This document shows positions 37,703 to 48,028 of a stretch of DNA of 64,000 bases, in pieces. The notes under the pieces were generated by a model. The model saw nothing but the letters and a program-made list of their open reading frames with translations, was not told the origin of the DNA and made no database searches. Each line of letters begins with the position of its first letter. The stretch's first letter is position 1. A program made the position numbers and the translations under genes. This stretch comes from a virus: the IMG/VR virus record IMGVR_UViG_3300027736_000041, positions 1 to 64,000 of that record; one strand, given 5' to 3'.

Positions 37703-38143
37703 ATGGCCGGTGAAATTGCCCTGAAGAAATTGTATGCAAATCATCCCGATAAATATATCGTGGATGACATGCAAGAGGCACAGAGAAGATTTTATCTTCC
37801 CAAGACACTCATTGTCATTCCTGTTTGGGATAAATTGCTTACTGCAGATGGAGTCATCAATCTTACAAGTGAAACATTTGAATTATCGGGACGAAATCAA
37901 TTTGCACTTGAAATAACAGTGGCAGGAGCGATGAGCGCAGGGTCTGTACGTATGGAAGCATCAATCACTGGCTCTGCATGGACACCCGTTACAAACTCTA
38001 CCACTTCTCTTATTATGACAAACACCTCAGCATTCGCCTATTGGAACACGAGTTACCCATATAGATACCATAGATTAATATTTGCTACTGCACTTGCTGG
38101 CGGCACGTCGGCAACAATTACATTGGCTGCTATTGCAGGATAA
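37703..38143 (+). CDS. hypothetical virion protein
   Basis: AGGA RBS; beta-rich ORF. Confidence 0.7.
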   Translation: MAGEIALKKLYANHPDKYIVDDMQEAQRRFYLPKTLIVIPVWDKLLTADGVINLTSETFELSGRNQFALEITVAGAMSAGSVRMEASITGSAWTPVTNSTTSLIMTNTSAFAYWNTSYPYRYHRLIFATALAGGTSATITLAAIAG

Positions 38144-38151
38144 GGAGAAAC

Positions 38152-38478
38152 ATGATGCCCCCACGTAGTGTCGCAGGTCAGGATATCGCAACTCAAAACT
38201 CAGCAAATCCCCTTGCTGTTCTCGGTGGAGAAACAGGTATTGAGGACAATACCGCAGTCGTCGAGCCAGCAGAGCCAGTTGTGGAAGCACAACCTCCTGT
38301 TGCGGTAGTGTCCGCAGAAGAAGAAGTGTCGTTTGCAGACGTATGGGTGAAGTCTGTGCGCAATCAATACAACCATACACTTATTGATACATTCTTGTTT
38401 GAATGCAAGAGAAACGGATGGATTTCGAATACCCCTTCTGGATGGCTAAAGCGTTTTACAAGGTGGTGTGAAGAATAA
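38152..38478 (+). CDS. small protein preceding the tail sheath
   Basis: AAGGAG RBS; position immediately before the sheath gene. Confidence 0.7.
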   Translation: MMPPRSVAGQDIATQNSANPLAVLGGETGIEDNTAVVEPAEPVVEAQPPVAVVSAEEEVSFADVWVKSVRNQYNHTLIDTFLFECKRNGWISNTPSGWLKRFTRWCEE

Positions 38479-38539
38479 AGGCAAATGAGAAAATAAAGAC
38501 AACATGTACGCAATTGCGCAGAAGAAGGAGTAGCAATCA

Positions 38540-40261
38540 ATGCCTGTAGGATTTCGCGGAGCAGTGTTAGTAGCGCCCGGAGTGGCGTCTTATATCGATG
38601 ATTCTCAAGCGGCCGCTGCTGTAGCTCCAAGCCTGCAGTCAGTTGCCATCGTGGGAGAAGCAGAGCGGGGACAACCCAACACAGCCATTGCATTCAATGA
38701 TGCTGCAACAGCAAATGCGGTCTTTGGCAGTGGAGGCACGGCAACACCATTGATTGATGGAATTGTGCGTGCATTGGCGGCAGGTGCAGGGACAGTGTTT
38801 GCAGTGCGTGTTGGAGCGGCAACACAATCTACTGCTGCGATCACATCATCTGCCACGACAGCGATTACCCTCAAGGCCAATGAATGGGGCACATTGTCCA
38901 ATACGTGGTCCGTCAAGATCGCCAACGGAAGTGCCATCGGAAAGAAAGCAACACTAATCACGCACAGCGGAACAGAATATGTTGTTGACAATGTACAAAA
39001 AAACCTTATCCAGATCATTGGAACCGCAAACACTGGATCAGGATCCGTAACTATTTCTGCAACAAGTGTCTCGTTAACATGGGGGTCACCGGGCACGGCA
39101 GTCGAATATACATTTGCAGCATATCCACGACTGAATAATCTTATCTCCGCCATCAATAATGGCGGAGCGTTTGTCGCGTCCCTAACCACTGCCGCATCTG
39201 CTGCTGGAAGGCAAGCAAGCAATACATTAGACGCAGTGACTACAGTGGCTATTCTTGCCAGTGACGGTACAAATGCAGCAACGTTGCTGACTGGCAATGG
39301 AAAAGCCATGGTTGATGCGCTTAATGGCGAGATTACAGGCAACCTGCTGACGGCAACATTTGTGGCGAATACGGGAGCCCTGACTAATGGAACGTATGTG
39401 TTCAGTGGAGCGGTGTCTGGATTAACGTCCGGAGCTACAACTACTGCTGATTGGGCTACGGCTTTCACGGCGCTGGAAAATGTGAGAAGTTCAGTAGTCG
39501 TACCCATGACTTCAAGTCCAACAAAGCAGGCAACTGCATTCGCGCATGCCAAGAGCATGAGTTTGCCGCAAAACAGTTCCGAAAGAATTGCTGTTATCGG
39601 TGGAGATATTGGACAGACCGTAGCACAAGCAAAGACCCTTGCGGCCGCCTACAACGACAAGCGTGCGGTTGTTGTATGGCCCGGTATCAAGGATTATAAC
39701 GCGGACGGAGACTTGGTTACACTTCCCCCATATTATCTTGCCGCACAGATTGGCGGAATGTTGGCTGGACAAACCGATCAGGCCGAGCCGATGACCAACA
39801 AGCCAGTGAGCCTGTACGGACTGGAGACTATTGCGTCTCGGGCAGATATCGATAATCTCCTCAATGGCGGAGTATTCACGATCAAGAGTGATCCAAACAG
39901 GGGATTTCTTGTGGTGCAGTCGCTGACGACATGGACCGGAGATTTGAAGTTTGCACGACGGGAAATCAGTACCGTTCGGGCTGCTGATCAGACGGTGCGA
40001 ATTGTGCGGGAGTCTGTTGCAGAATTCATTGGAAACAAATCCACAACTCGTCTGCTACAAGTCATTACCATGAAAGTCAATGAAGCGTTACGTTTTTGTG
40101 CGAGTCGCGGATTAATTGTGGATGATCCAGCAAAACCAGCATTATATCCTGCGTTTAAGGATGTCATTATTCGACCGATTGGCGATGCATACTATATTGA
40201 TTTTTCAATTTCTCCCGCAAAACCACTGAACTACTTGCTTATCACTGCGTATGTAAACTAA
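38540..40261 (+). CDS. tail sheath protein
   Basis: PGVASYID, IVGEAERGQP, YLAAQIGG...EPMTNK, LLNGGV, REISTVRAAD, FIG, SPAKPLNYLLIT. Confidence 0.93.
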   Translation: MPVGFRGAVLVAPGVASYIDDSQAAAAVAPSLQSVAIVGEAERGQPNTAIAFNDAATANAVFGSGGTATPLIDGIVRALAAGAGTVFAVRVGAATQSTAAITSSATTAITLKANEWGTLSNTWSVKIANGSAIGKKATLITHSGTEYVVDNVQKNLIQIIGTANTGSGSVTISATSVSLTWGSPGTAVEYTFAAYPRLNNLISAINNGGAFVASLTTAASAAGRQASNTLDAVTTVAILASDGTNAATLLTGNGKAMVDALNGEITGNLLTATFVANTGALTNGTYVFSGAVSGLTSGATTTADWATAFTALENVRSSVVVPMTSSPTKQATAFAHAKSMSLPQNSSERIAVIGGDIGQTVAQAKTLAAAYNDKRAVVVWPGIKDYNADGDLVTLPPYYLAAQIGGMLAGQTDQAEPMTNKPVSLYGLETIASRADIDNLLNGGVFTIKSDPNRGFLVVQSLTTWTGDLKFARREISTVRAADQTVRIVRESVAEFIGNKSTTRLLQVITMKVNEALRFCASRGLIVDDPAKPALYPAFKDVIIRPIGDAYYIDFSISPAKPLNYLLITAYVN

Positions 40262-40288
40262 TAATAAAAACAAAAAAGGAGAAAAAGT

Positions 40289-40942
40289 ATGCCAAGTCAA
40301 GCAACTGTAGAGGCGCCAACATTAACGGGATCCAACGTTCTTGTTGGCGGAAAAGTATTGATCATGATGGACGGATATGTAGTCGGATTTGCGAATAGCG
40401 CTCAATGTTCTGACTCATACAATTTGGTTCCTGTTCATATTATTGGGCAACTCCAAGCAATTGAAATGGTTCCGACCAATGCGACGCATTCTATTACCTT
40501 ATCACTCATGGTAATGAGGAATGACGGTCTCACGAGGCATAACTTGGAGCCGGTTGGTGCTGGTAGTTACGGATATCTTGCTGATGGAAAGAACATTGGG
40601 GAAATTACGGGACTCAAATCAAGTTTTGGAGTGGACACGGAAAATGACCGGCAAGACCGGATCAAGACATCTAGCAAGCAGGGTGATGGGGGTGAATTGA
40701 TGGCTCTTGATGGCAAGGCATTCAATATTGCCATTATTGATGCCAAGACTGGAAAAGCTGTTGTTGAATATGTCAGGTGCTATTTTGCGCAAGGATCGTT
40801 CACTGTTTCTGCCAATCAGGTCATTGGGCATTCAGTCACATTCTTGGCATTGGACAAGCGTGGCCAGTGGGATGGAGAATCGGACAAGAACAATGCGGGC
40901 ACCAATATGGCGGCGTTCCCCACCTCAATACCCGCAACATAA
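40289..40942 (+). CDS. tail tube protein
   Basis: Follows the sheath; VVGFANSAQCSDSYNLVPVHIIGQLQAIEMVP...FNIAIID...EYVRC. Confidence 0.88.
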   Translation: MPSQATVEAPTLTGSNVLVGGKVLIMMDGYVVGFANSAQCSDSYNLVPVHIIGQLQAIEMVPTNATHSITLSLMVMRNDGLTRHNLEPVGAGSYGYLADGKNIGEITGLKSSFGVDTENDRQDRIKTSSKQGDGGELMALDGKAFNIAIIDAKTGKAVVEYVRCYFAQGSFTVSANQVIGHSVTFLALDKRGQWDGESDKNNAGTNMAAFPTSIPAT

Positions 40943-40962
40943 GCCCATTTCATACAATTTAC

Positions 40963-40992
40963 TTTACACAATGATCTGAATACTGGTATACT
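40963..40992 (+). promoter_or_regulatory. putative promoter
   Basis: TTTACA-18 nt-TATACT. Confidence 0.45.
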
Positions 40993-40993
40993 G

Positions 40994-41033
40994 TACGGCG
41001 TGAGGAAGTCATTCTCACGCCGTATTAGTTTTT
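40994..41033 (+). terminator. hairpin/terminator after the tube gene
   Basis: 11-bp perfect stem TACGGCGTGAG/CTCACGCCGTA followed by TTAGTTTTT. Confidence 0.7.
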
Positions 41034-41046
41034 CAAGGAGAAATGA

Positions 41047-41487
41047 ATGGTTACCAAGGCGGAAAAAGAAGCATTTGAGGCAAATGCTGATACCCTTACC
41101 GAAGCGGTTGAAGCAGCAAAGATTCCTCCGCGCATCAAGCCCGTTGGAGATGCCAAGACCTACGATCCTACAAGGCCATTCGAGATTGATGGGCCAGCAG
41201 GAAAGATCGGCGTCGTGCGCGGACACATGAATTTGCAGAGACTTGCAGGACGAGCAGTAGCCACTTCTTTGCAGGGATTGAGCGTTGATCAACGCACGTA
41301 TGAAATGACGTGGATGTCTGTCATGCTTCAATTTGTCACGCAATCACCGGGATATCTCCCTAGTTATTGCGACGGAAACATTGATACGTTCATTGAGAAC
41401 ATTTACGAATTTGAAGACTTAGCGTATTACTACCGGGAATGGGAGAACTGGCGAAACTCGTTTCGTGCAGCACGAACAGTTTCGTAA
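41047..41487 (+). CDS. tail assembly chaperone (gpG-like)
   Basis: AAGGAG RBS; lies between tube and tape measure; ends ...W..WRNSFR. Confidence 0.8.
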   Translation: MVTKAEKEAFEANADTLTEAVEAAKIPPRIKPVGDAKTYDPTRPFEIDGPAGKIGVVRGHMNLQRLAGRAVATSLQGLSVDQRTYEMTWMSVMLQFVTQSPGYLPSYCDGNIDTFIENIYEFEDLAYYYREWENWRNSFRAARTVS

Positions 41488-42079
41488 ACAAAGTCTTCAA
41501 AAACGCGCATTAAATGAACTGTATCAATCAGAAATACTTGAATGGTACAGAAACCAATATAACATTCCTCTTCAGGAATTTTATACCCAAAACATTGACG
41601 AAGATATTGCGTTTATCGATTTTTATCGTCGTCAGTATTGGAATGAGATTCGTTACGGCGTTCGCACATGGGGCGACAACGACAACGAACTCAAGATGCC
41701 TTCATTCTCGTTGTTCCGGCCATTTGGCGGAGCGTTACCTGTTGCCAATGGATTTGGATTGGATAACTCCTATACGGTAAAGAACGAGCATTATCAACCT
41801 AAAGCGCAGCCTTTGGAAGAAAATACGGATTATGAACCATCTCCCGAAAAAGTGGAGGATGGTTATACTTATATAAAAGCCAAGAATATTCCACAAGAAC
41901 TAAAAGGCGCAGATAGGTTGCGTAGCGTTGAAAATTGGTCGAGTGTCAACGAAACATATGAAACGGATAATTTCAAGGAAATGGTAGAGATGTCTCAAAA
42001 TACTGATAATTTTTGGGAATTGCTAGAAAGCATTACCTTGGAAAATTCCGGATCATCTAAAGAGGAGGGAGATGAATAA
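41465..42079 (+). CDS. tail chaperone extension (gpGT-like, +1 frame)
   Basis: Overlapping +1-frame ORF with no obvious own RBS, beginning at TCG-TTT-CGT. Confidence 0.7.
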   Translation: MQHEQFRKQSLQKRALNELYQSEILEWYRNQYNIPLQEFYTQNIDEDIAFIDFYRRQYWNEIRYGVRTWGDNDNELKMPSFSLFRPFGGALPVANGFGLDNSYTVKNEHYQPKAQPLEENTDYEPSPEKVEDGYTYIKAKNIPQELKGADRLRSVENWSSVNETYETDNFKEMVEMSQNTDNFWELLESITLENSGSSKEEGDE

Positions 42080-45000
42080 ATGACTAGTTCTTACACTCCC
42101 GCCGATTTTGAAAGAGCAATTGCAGAGGGATTAAAAAAAGGTGTTACAGAAGTAACAACTACACTTATTCCTGCCCAAGACAAATTAGACAAGTCAATAG
42201 CAGAACTTGGTAAAGAAGTCACTGCTCTTAACACTGCGGTAGCAGGCATTCCAGCGCAATTAACTGCTATAGCCACCTCTCTTGGCAACATGACGAAAGC
42301 ATTTACTGATTTTAAAGATGGAGCTGCTGATCTAGCAAAGACACTCAGCACGGGTGCCCCTACCAATTTGGCAACACAGATTGCTGCGGGAATTGCGGCC
42401 TCAATTGTTGCTTTGCAGGCTACCTTAAAAGCAGAGATGGCTACTGCCGTAAAAGACGGCATTGATGGAGGAATTGCTGCAAGCGGCGGCGGAGGCGGCG
42501 GAGGAGGCGGCGGAGGCGGCGGCGGAGGAGGCGGAGACCCAACTCGCGGGTATAGAAACCAGCCACAGCACGAAGGCATAATGCACAACATAGGCCAGCA
42601 ATTCATGTGGCAAGGAACTCATTTGCTCGAAGGTGGATTGAAAGCCTTTGCTCCCAGTGGTCTTGATTATCGCCAACAAGCGGAACAGCAGGGCGCATCA
42701 CTTGGTTCATTGTATCGTCAACAACAACGCACGTGGTCAGATTCTACAAGTACAGGTGAGTTCAAGACAAATACGCTAGGCATTGGAAAATATAATGGAG
42801 AAACCTTAGCAGGTGTAACTGATGAGGATCGATTCAGGTCTTTGAATGTTTCAACAAGATTTGCCGGAAGCTCAAGATTGACGCAAAAACAGATATCAGA
42901 TCAAGCCGATACATCGGTAAAGTCGGCATTTGCACTGGGTCTTGATCGAACAAACTATTCGGCAACATTGGAAAGTTTTGGTCGGGCAGGCGCGGTTGGC
43001 GGAGAAACAACAAGAACCGGCTCCGGTAGTGCCATGACCGCAGCAAACAGCGGCAATTTCAAACAGGATCAAAAAGAATTTGCACTTACCATTGCTGAGG
43101 CATTGGCAAATGGAAAATTATTTGATCGCATGGACGAAGTCATGAAAAGCATGGCTGGCATGGCAGATATGGTTGGAGGTCGCATGGGCGATCTTGATCC
43201 GCAAAAATTGGCATCTGCATTTGCCGAAGCTAATAAGGCCGCCGCTGGAGATCCCCGATTGCAAGAAGCCGTACCCGGCTTATTCGGCAAAGTCGATCAA
43301 CAAATGTCAACCATGGTTCGTGATCCAATGTTAGTGGCCGGATATGCCAAAAGCGACGCAGGAAAAGGACGAGGCGGCGCGGACATGCTCTATAACATTC
43401 AAAAGACACTTGAAGGAGGAGATGTTCTTGCAAAATTTGACATGATGGGAAGCGAGTTCAAGACTCGCACTGGATTGACAGCTAACAAATCAACCATGGA
43501 TGAACTAGATAAAATCACAGGATTAAAGGGCGAAGAAAGACGAAAGGCCATAGAAACAAGTGCAATTTTCGGCGTTGAAGGTGTAGGCGAAGCAGGCGTT
43601 GGAAGAGCCCAAGTCGCACTGATGTCAATGAAAGATCGTTATGGTCTTAGTTCGCTTAATGAAACTCGCGGAGCATTAAGTCTTTCAGATTTGAAAGTAT
43701 CAGGTTCAAAACTTACTGATGAGCAAAAAAGTGAAATACAAAAGCTGAAATCAACATCAAATCAGGTACAAACAGCGGTTATTATGGGGACAGAAAAAGC
43801 TGAAGATATTCAAAAATTGATGCAAAAAGAGTATGGAAATTTAAAAAATACCGCTCTAGATGCCTTTATTAATGAAGATGTGTCAAAACTGAAAACACCA
43901 GATGATATTGCCGACTATAAAAAGAGAGCCATTGCCACAGTCAGTACATATGACCAAACGGGAGGAGGTACAGGAGGTGTTGGGGGACCACAAGGAGGAA
44001 AAGACGGCAAGGGCGGGTTGCCTGATTTTGAAAAATTGACAGTTTCTAGCCAAGCATTGTTAGACTCACAAATAAAACTTGCGACTGCAACGGATAAAGT
44101 TGCTACAGGAATGGACGCTTTTAACATTTGGATGAACAAGTTGTTGGCCAATAATCCAACAATCGCCGGAATGGTGGCAAGTCCTGTCGGACAAGGGATA
44201 GTTTCAGGACTGGCGATTGCCGGAACCACCGCCGGAGTAATGGGCGTGGGAAAATACTTTCAACACGGAGGTGAATCAGCAACAAAGCCACATATAGAGG
44301 CTTTGGATGACGCTATCGAGAAAATCAAAGCCAACCCGACTGGTTTACCGCAACAGGACATTGATACAGCAATTGCGGAAGCGAGAAAGAAGGCGGCACC
44401 AAAAATTACCTCTGCAAGAAGATGGGGAAAAGGGAAAGCCGCCGGAGTAATCGCTGTCGGTGCTCTTGCTGTGGCCGGTGTCGCCGCAGCGATAAATCCA
44501 GCAGCTTTTGGATTTGCTGGAGGAGGAGGAGACGTTGGTACTGATGAAGACTACGAAGAAGAGGATGAGGGAAGAGGCGGGGGACTAGACACCAATATAC
44601 AGCAATCAAGTGTAGGAGTACCCACAGGTCCAGCGAGGACGGCAGGAACGCCCTCAGGCGCATCTACGACAAAACTAGGGGAGGATATTGCAAACTCAAC
44701 CGGCACAGCAAGTACCGCTGTCGATGTAATTGAAATGGGATTGGCTGGTGCCAGTAAACTGGGCCTAAAGGGCGCAGGTGCAGTAGCATCCAAATTTGCC
44801 AAGTTCATTCCGGGCATAGGCGGAATCATCGACGCGGTCGGTTCAAATAGCGAAGACATTGCCAAGGGATGGGAAAATTACCAGAAAACAGGAGAGATTT
44901 TTACGCGCGATAATGCGCGAACCCTGTTGTCCACTGGCGCAGGCGCATTGGCAAGTGGTGCATTGAGCCTGATCCCCGGTGTTGGTGCTATTGCGCAAGG

Positions 45001-48000
45001 ATTATTTGGCTCTACAGCGTCAGACCTTGCCTCGTCTGGCGTAAAGGGAATGTTCGATGCGCTCGTGCCGGGATCAAAGGGCACAGGCGGAGGAGGCGAG
45101 ATCAGTCCTCCGACTACTGGACAAATAGCACCCGGCGCTCCGATACAGCCCGGTGGACCCATGCAATTGAAAGATGCCACATTTCTTGGGAATGTGACCA
45201 TCGGCCGAATGACGGTTGTGCAGCAGGATGTACAACAATCTGCAAGCGCCAAGGATTTGCTGAATGCGCAGAATATTGCACCATCAGTACGGGTCACTGC
45301 ACCATCAAGTACCAGTGTTCCTACAGGAAACAGTCTCCCAGTAGCTGGTCGCCCCGGAGGAGTGGCATACGATGAGTCACTAAGTGGTTCGAAAACACCG
45401 TGGACTTCTGTAGTACGCAACAACAATGATCCAGAAAATAACGGCATCAGGAACAACCAAGCGTTTTATTCCATGGATGCAGATTACGCAAAAAATAATC
45501 CAAATTTGACTCCAGAAGTGCTGAGCAAAACTAATCAAGCATTAATCAATGCGGGACGAAATAACAATATTGCTCCTGAATTGCTCAAGGCACTTGCAAT
45601 ACAAGAAAGCGGACTTGATCCAAGCAAAACAAATGGAAATGCCAAAGGACTTCTCCAATTGATGCCAGAAGCTGCTAGACAGATGAATGGCGGTAAAGAT
45701 CCAACACAAGAAGAATTGCTCGATCCTAATTTCAATGCAAATTTGTCAGCAAAATATTTGAATTTTATTGCAAACAAAATGAAGGCCGATGGTAAAGACG
45801 TAACAGTCGCGGGAGTTGTGTCTCGATACTTCCAAGGACCAAGCGCCACTGATGAAACTGTAGCAAGACCTGACGTTGTAGCATATGCCGAACAAGTCGA
45901 AACGAGAGCATCGAAATTACAAGGTTTCGCGAGCAATCCTCATGGTGGCGGGAGAGACATTCTTAGTTTTAATGATGTTCTTGCCGATCTTACCAAAAAA
46001 GATGCTAATGGACGTTATTCGAGTACTGTGACTCCGACGATGACGCAACGACAATGGGAAACAACGCAAGCCGTAGGCTCCAACGAATGGACATCGAATG
46101 GAGTAAAAGTAAGGGCTCCCGGCGCACCGGCAGGAAGTGATCCAGATCATAGAGGCATTGACATTTCAGGCGGAGGAGGCCGACCTACTGGTGTAAGGAA
46201 TATTACTGAAGGGACTGTTGTAGGAAGAGGATTTGCCGGAGACAAAAAAGGTGATAAAACGGGTTTTGGCAATTACGTTCTTATTCGGCCCACTGCGGCA
46301 CCCGATACAACAATATTGTATGGACATTTGGCAAATCCAACTGAATGGGCAGTAAATGCCCACGTTGGTAAAGGAGCTGTTCTCGGCACGATGGGAAGTA
46401 CGGGCCATTCAAGCGGACCACATGTTCATATACAGGCATGGAAAGGCGCAAAAGTAGTTAAAGATTTCGAAGATACAACGAATTTTACTGATCAACAATA
46501 TAGTCAACACAAAGGAATCATTCAAGGCGTCGGATTGAAAGGCGGACAAACTGTAGATGTAGTAGATACATTACGGCAAATATCGGGCGGATCATCTAAG
46601 TCCGGCGGATGGGCAGGAGTTAATTCGACTACTTTCACTGGCGGACCAATAGGAAAAGGGGGCGGGATGGATACTGGCTCTCAAGTTGCCAATTTCAGTG
46701 GCTCTACAGCAACAGCCAATCCCATGTCGTTCCCCACAATCAATGGCGAGATCAACATTTCGGTTCGACCGGATGAGGCTAGCATGATAAAATTAATTAC
46801 CACAATATTGAATTCTTCCAATGTCAAATCTGAAGGATCAACCGCGACATTGACATTCCAGATTGACGGTCATGTTACAGGAACGGGTGGCGGTTCTGAT
46901 GAACCAGCAGAGACACATTCGGACGCTGGCGGAGGCAGCGGAGGAAGTGCGCCTGCGCCTGCTGCCACGAACACACCCGATATTGGCGGAGCAACCCCCA
47001 TAGCACCTCGTACTGGCACGCTTGATGCATTGAGAGGAACTGGACGTGGACCTGCAGTACCGACGGTAAAATCAGGCCCATCAACTTCTCCTCCTTCTCC
47101 TTCTGATCCTGTTGTGTCCACTGATCCCCTTAGAGAACAACGTCAGGGAGAGCAAACTACTGGTGGTAGAGGATCAGCACCCGGTTCCGGTGGACGTGCA
47201 CCCGTGATGATGGACGGTCAGCAACAAGATACGGGCATGGCTCCTGCGAGTCCTGCGGCTGCTACTCGGAACAATAATATGTGGTCGAATTTCGCTGCTC
47301 CACAGGCACCACCAGCACCACCAGCACCAGACCCGATGCAAAATGGCGAAACAGCACAGCAGTCGGTCCGGCCACCAGCACCACCAGCACCAGACCCGAT
47401 GCAAAATGGCGAAACAGCACAGCAGTCGATCCGGCCACCGGCACCACCAGCACCAGACCCGATGCAAAATGGCGAAACAGCACAGCAGTCGGTCCCAAGA
47501 TCGGCTCCAGTTGACTCTGGAGGTGGACGAGGTACTGTTACAGTGCCCGCAGGCAGACTGGGTGGTTCCGGTCCTTCGGATTACAGATTAAGCGCAACCG
47601 GAGAAAAAATATACAATGATCCCAACGCACCGCGGACAATGCAAGTACCGGCACCGCCGCCGCAAATCGATTTGGGCGCAGCGGCTCAAAGATTGGGAAA
47701 TGCTGCTGCAGATAGTTTTGGGGCAGGTGCGTCACAAGTTGCGGAACAAGTTGGAGCAAATCAGATGAGGGCGTCTCAGGCAGAAAATGAAGGTGCCTCC
47801 ATGATTGGCGACGCATTGCTCTCGGGCGCTTCCAGTGTCGCAGGCATGTTTGGTAATGCGGCCGCAGGAATTTCAAATGCATGGAATGCTCAACAAGAAG
47901 CTTCAGCAAAACATAAGGCGGAACAAGCGGCCAAGGAAAGGGAGGCATATGTTGCTCGTCAATCAGCAGGTATATTAGGATCAGATTACACAGTAGATGC

Positions 48001-48028
48001 AGCAGGCCGGAAAGTTCCCAAGAAATGA
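42080..48028 (+). CDS. tape measure protein with lytic transglycosylase (SLT) and M23 peptidase domains
   Basis: 1982 aa after the chaperones; ALAIQESGLDP...AKGLLQLMP (SLT); HRGIDI...GFGNYV...YGHL...GSTGHSSGPHVH (M23). Confidence 0.92.
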   Translation: MTSSYTPADFERAIAEGLKKGVTEVTTTLIPAQDKLDKSIAELGKEVTALNTAVAGIPAQLTAIATSLGNMTKAFTDFKDGAADLAKTLSTGAPTNLATQIAAGIAASIVALQATLKAEMATAVKDGIDGGIAASGGGGGGGGGGGGGGGGGDPTRGYRNQPQHEGIMHNIGQQFMWQGTHLLEGGLKAFAPSGLDYRQQAEQQGASLGSLYRQQQRTWSDSTSTGEFKTNTLGIGKYNGETLAGVTDEDRFRSLNVSTRFAGSSRLTQKQISDQADTSVKSAFALGLDRTNYSATLESFGRAGAVGGETTRTGSGSAMTAANSGNFKQDQKEFALTIAEALANGKLFDRMDEVMKSMAGMADMVGGRMGDLDPQKLASAFAEANKAAAGDPRLQEAVPGLFGKVDQQMSTMVRDPMLVAGYAKSDAGKGRGGADMLYNIQKTLEGGDVLAKFDMMGSEFKTRTGLTANKSTMDELDKITGLKGEERRKAIETSAIFGVEGVGEAGVGRAQVALMSMKDRYGLSSLNETRGALSLSDLKVSGSKLTDEQKSEIQKLKSTSNQVQTAVIMGTEKAEDIQKLMQKEYGNLKNTALDAFINEDVSKLKTPDDIADYKKRAIATVSTYDQTGGGTGGVGGPQGGKDGKGGLPDFEKLTVSSQALLDSQIKLATATDKVATGMDAFNIWMNKLLANNPTIAGMVASPVGQGIVSGLAIAGTTAGVMGVGKYFQHGGESATKPHIEALDDAIEKIKANPTGLPQQDIDTAIAEARKKAAPKITSARRWGKGKAAGVIAVGALAVAGVAAAINPAAFGFAGGGGDVGTDEDYEEEDEGRGGGLDTNIQQSSVGVPTGPARTAGTPSGASTTKLGEDIANSTGTASTAVDVIEMGLAGASKLGLKGAGAVASKFAKFIPGIGGIIDAVGSNSEDIAKGWENYQKTGEIFTRDNARTLLSTGAGALASGALSLIPGVGAIAQGLFGSTASDLASSGVKGMFDALVPGSKGTGGGGEISPPTTGQIAPGAPIQPGGPMQLKDATFLGNVTIGRMTVVQQDVQQSASAKDLLNAQNIAPSVRVTAPSSTSVPTGNSLPVAGRPGGVAYDESLSGSKTPWTSVVRNNNDPENNGIRNNQAFYSMDADYAKNNPNLTPEVLSKTNQALINAGRNNNIAPELLKALAIQESGLDPSKTNGNAKGLLQLMPEAARQMNGGKDPTQEELLDPNFNANLSAKYLNFIANKMKADGKDVTVAGVVSRYFQGPSATDETVARPDVVAYAEQVETRASKLQGFASNPHGGGRDILSFNDVLADLTKKDANGRYSSTVTPTMTQRQWETTQAVGSNEWTSNGVKVRAPGAPAGSDPDHRGIDISGGGGRPTGVRNITEGTVVGRGFAGDKKGDKTGFGNYVLIRPTAAPDTTILYGHLANPTEWAVNAHVGKGAVLGTMGSTGHSSGPHVHIQAWKGAKVVKDFEDTTNFTDQQYSQHKGIIQGVGLKGGQTVDVVDTLRQISGGSSKSGGWAGVNSTTFTGGPIGKGGGMDTGSQVANFSGSTATANPMSFPTINGEINISVRPDEASMIKLITTILNSSNVKSEGSTATLTFQIDGHVTGTGGGSDEPAETHSDAGGGSGGSAPAPAATNTPDIGGATPIAPRTGTLDALRGTGRGPAVPTVKSGPSTSPPSPSDPVVSTDPLREQRQGEQTTGGRGSAPGSGGRAPVMMDGQQQDTGMAPASPAAATRNNNMWSNFAAPQAPPAPPAPDPMQNGETAQQSVRPPAPPAPDPMQNGETAQQSIRPPAPPAPDPMQNGETAQQSVPRSAPVDSGGGRGTVTVPAGRLGGSGPSDYRLSATGEKIYNDPNAPRTMQVPAPPPQIDLGAAAQRLGNAAADSFGAGASQVAEQVGANQMRASQAENEGASMIGDALLSGASSVAGMFGNAAAGISNAWNAQQEASAKHKAEQAAKEREAYVARQSAGILGSDYTVDAAGRKVPKK
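47309..47494 (+). repeat. 63-bp tandem repeat x3 in the tape-measure C-terminus
   Basis: PPAPPAPDPMQNGETAQQS(V/I) units; GACCCGATGCA at 47330, 47393 and 47456. Confidence 0.92.
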
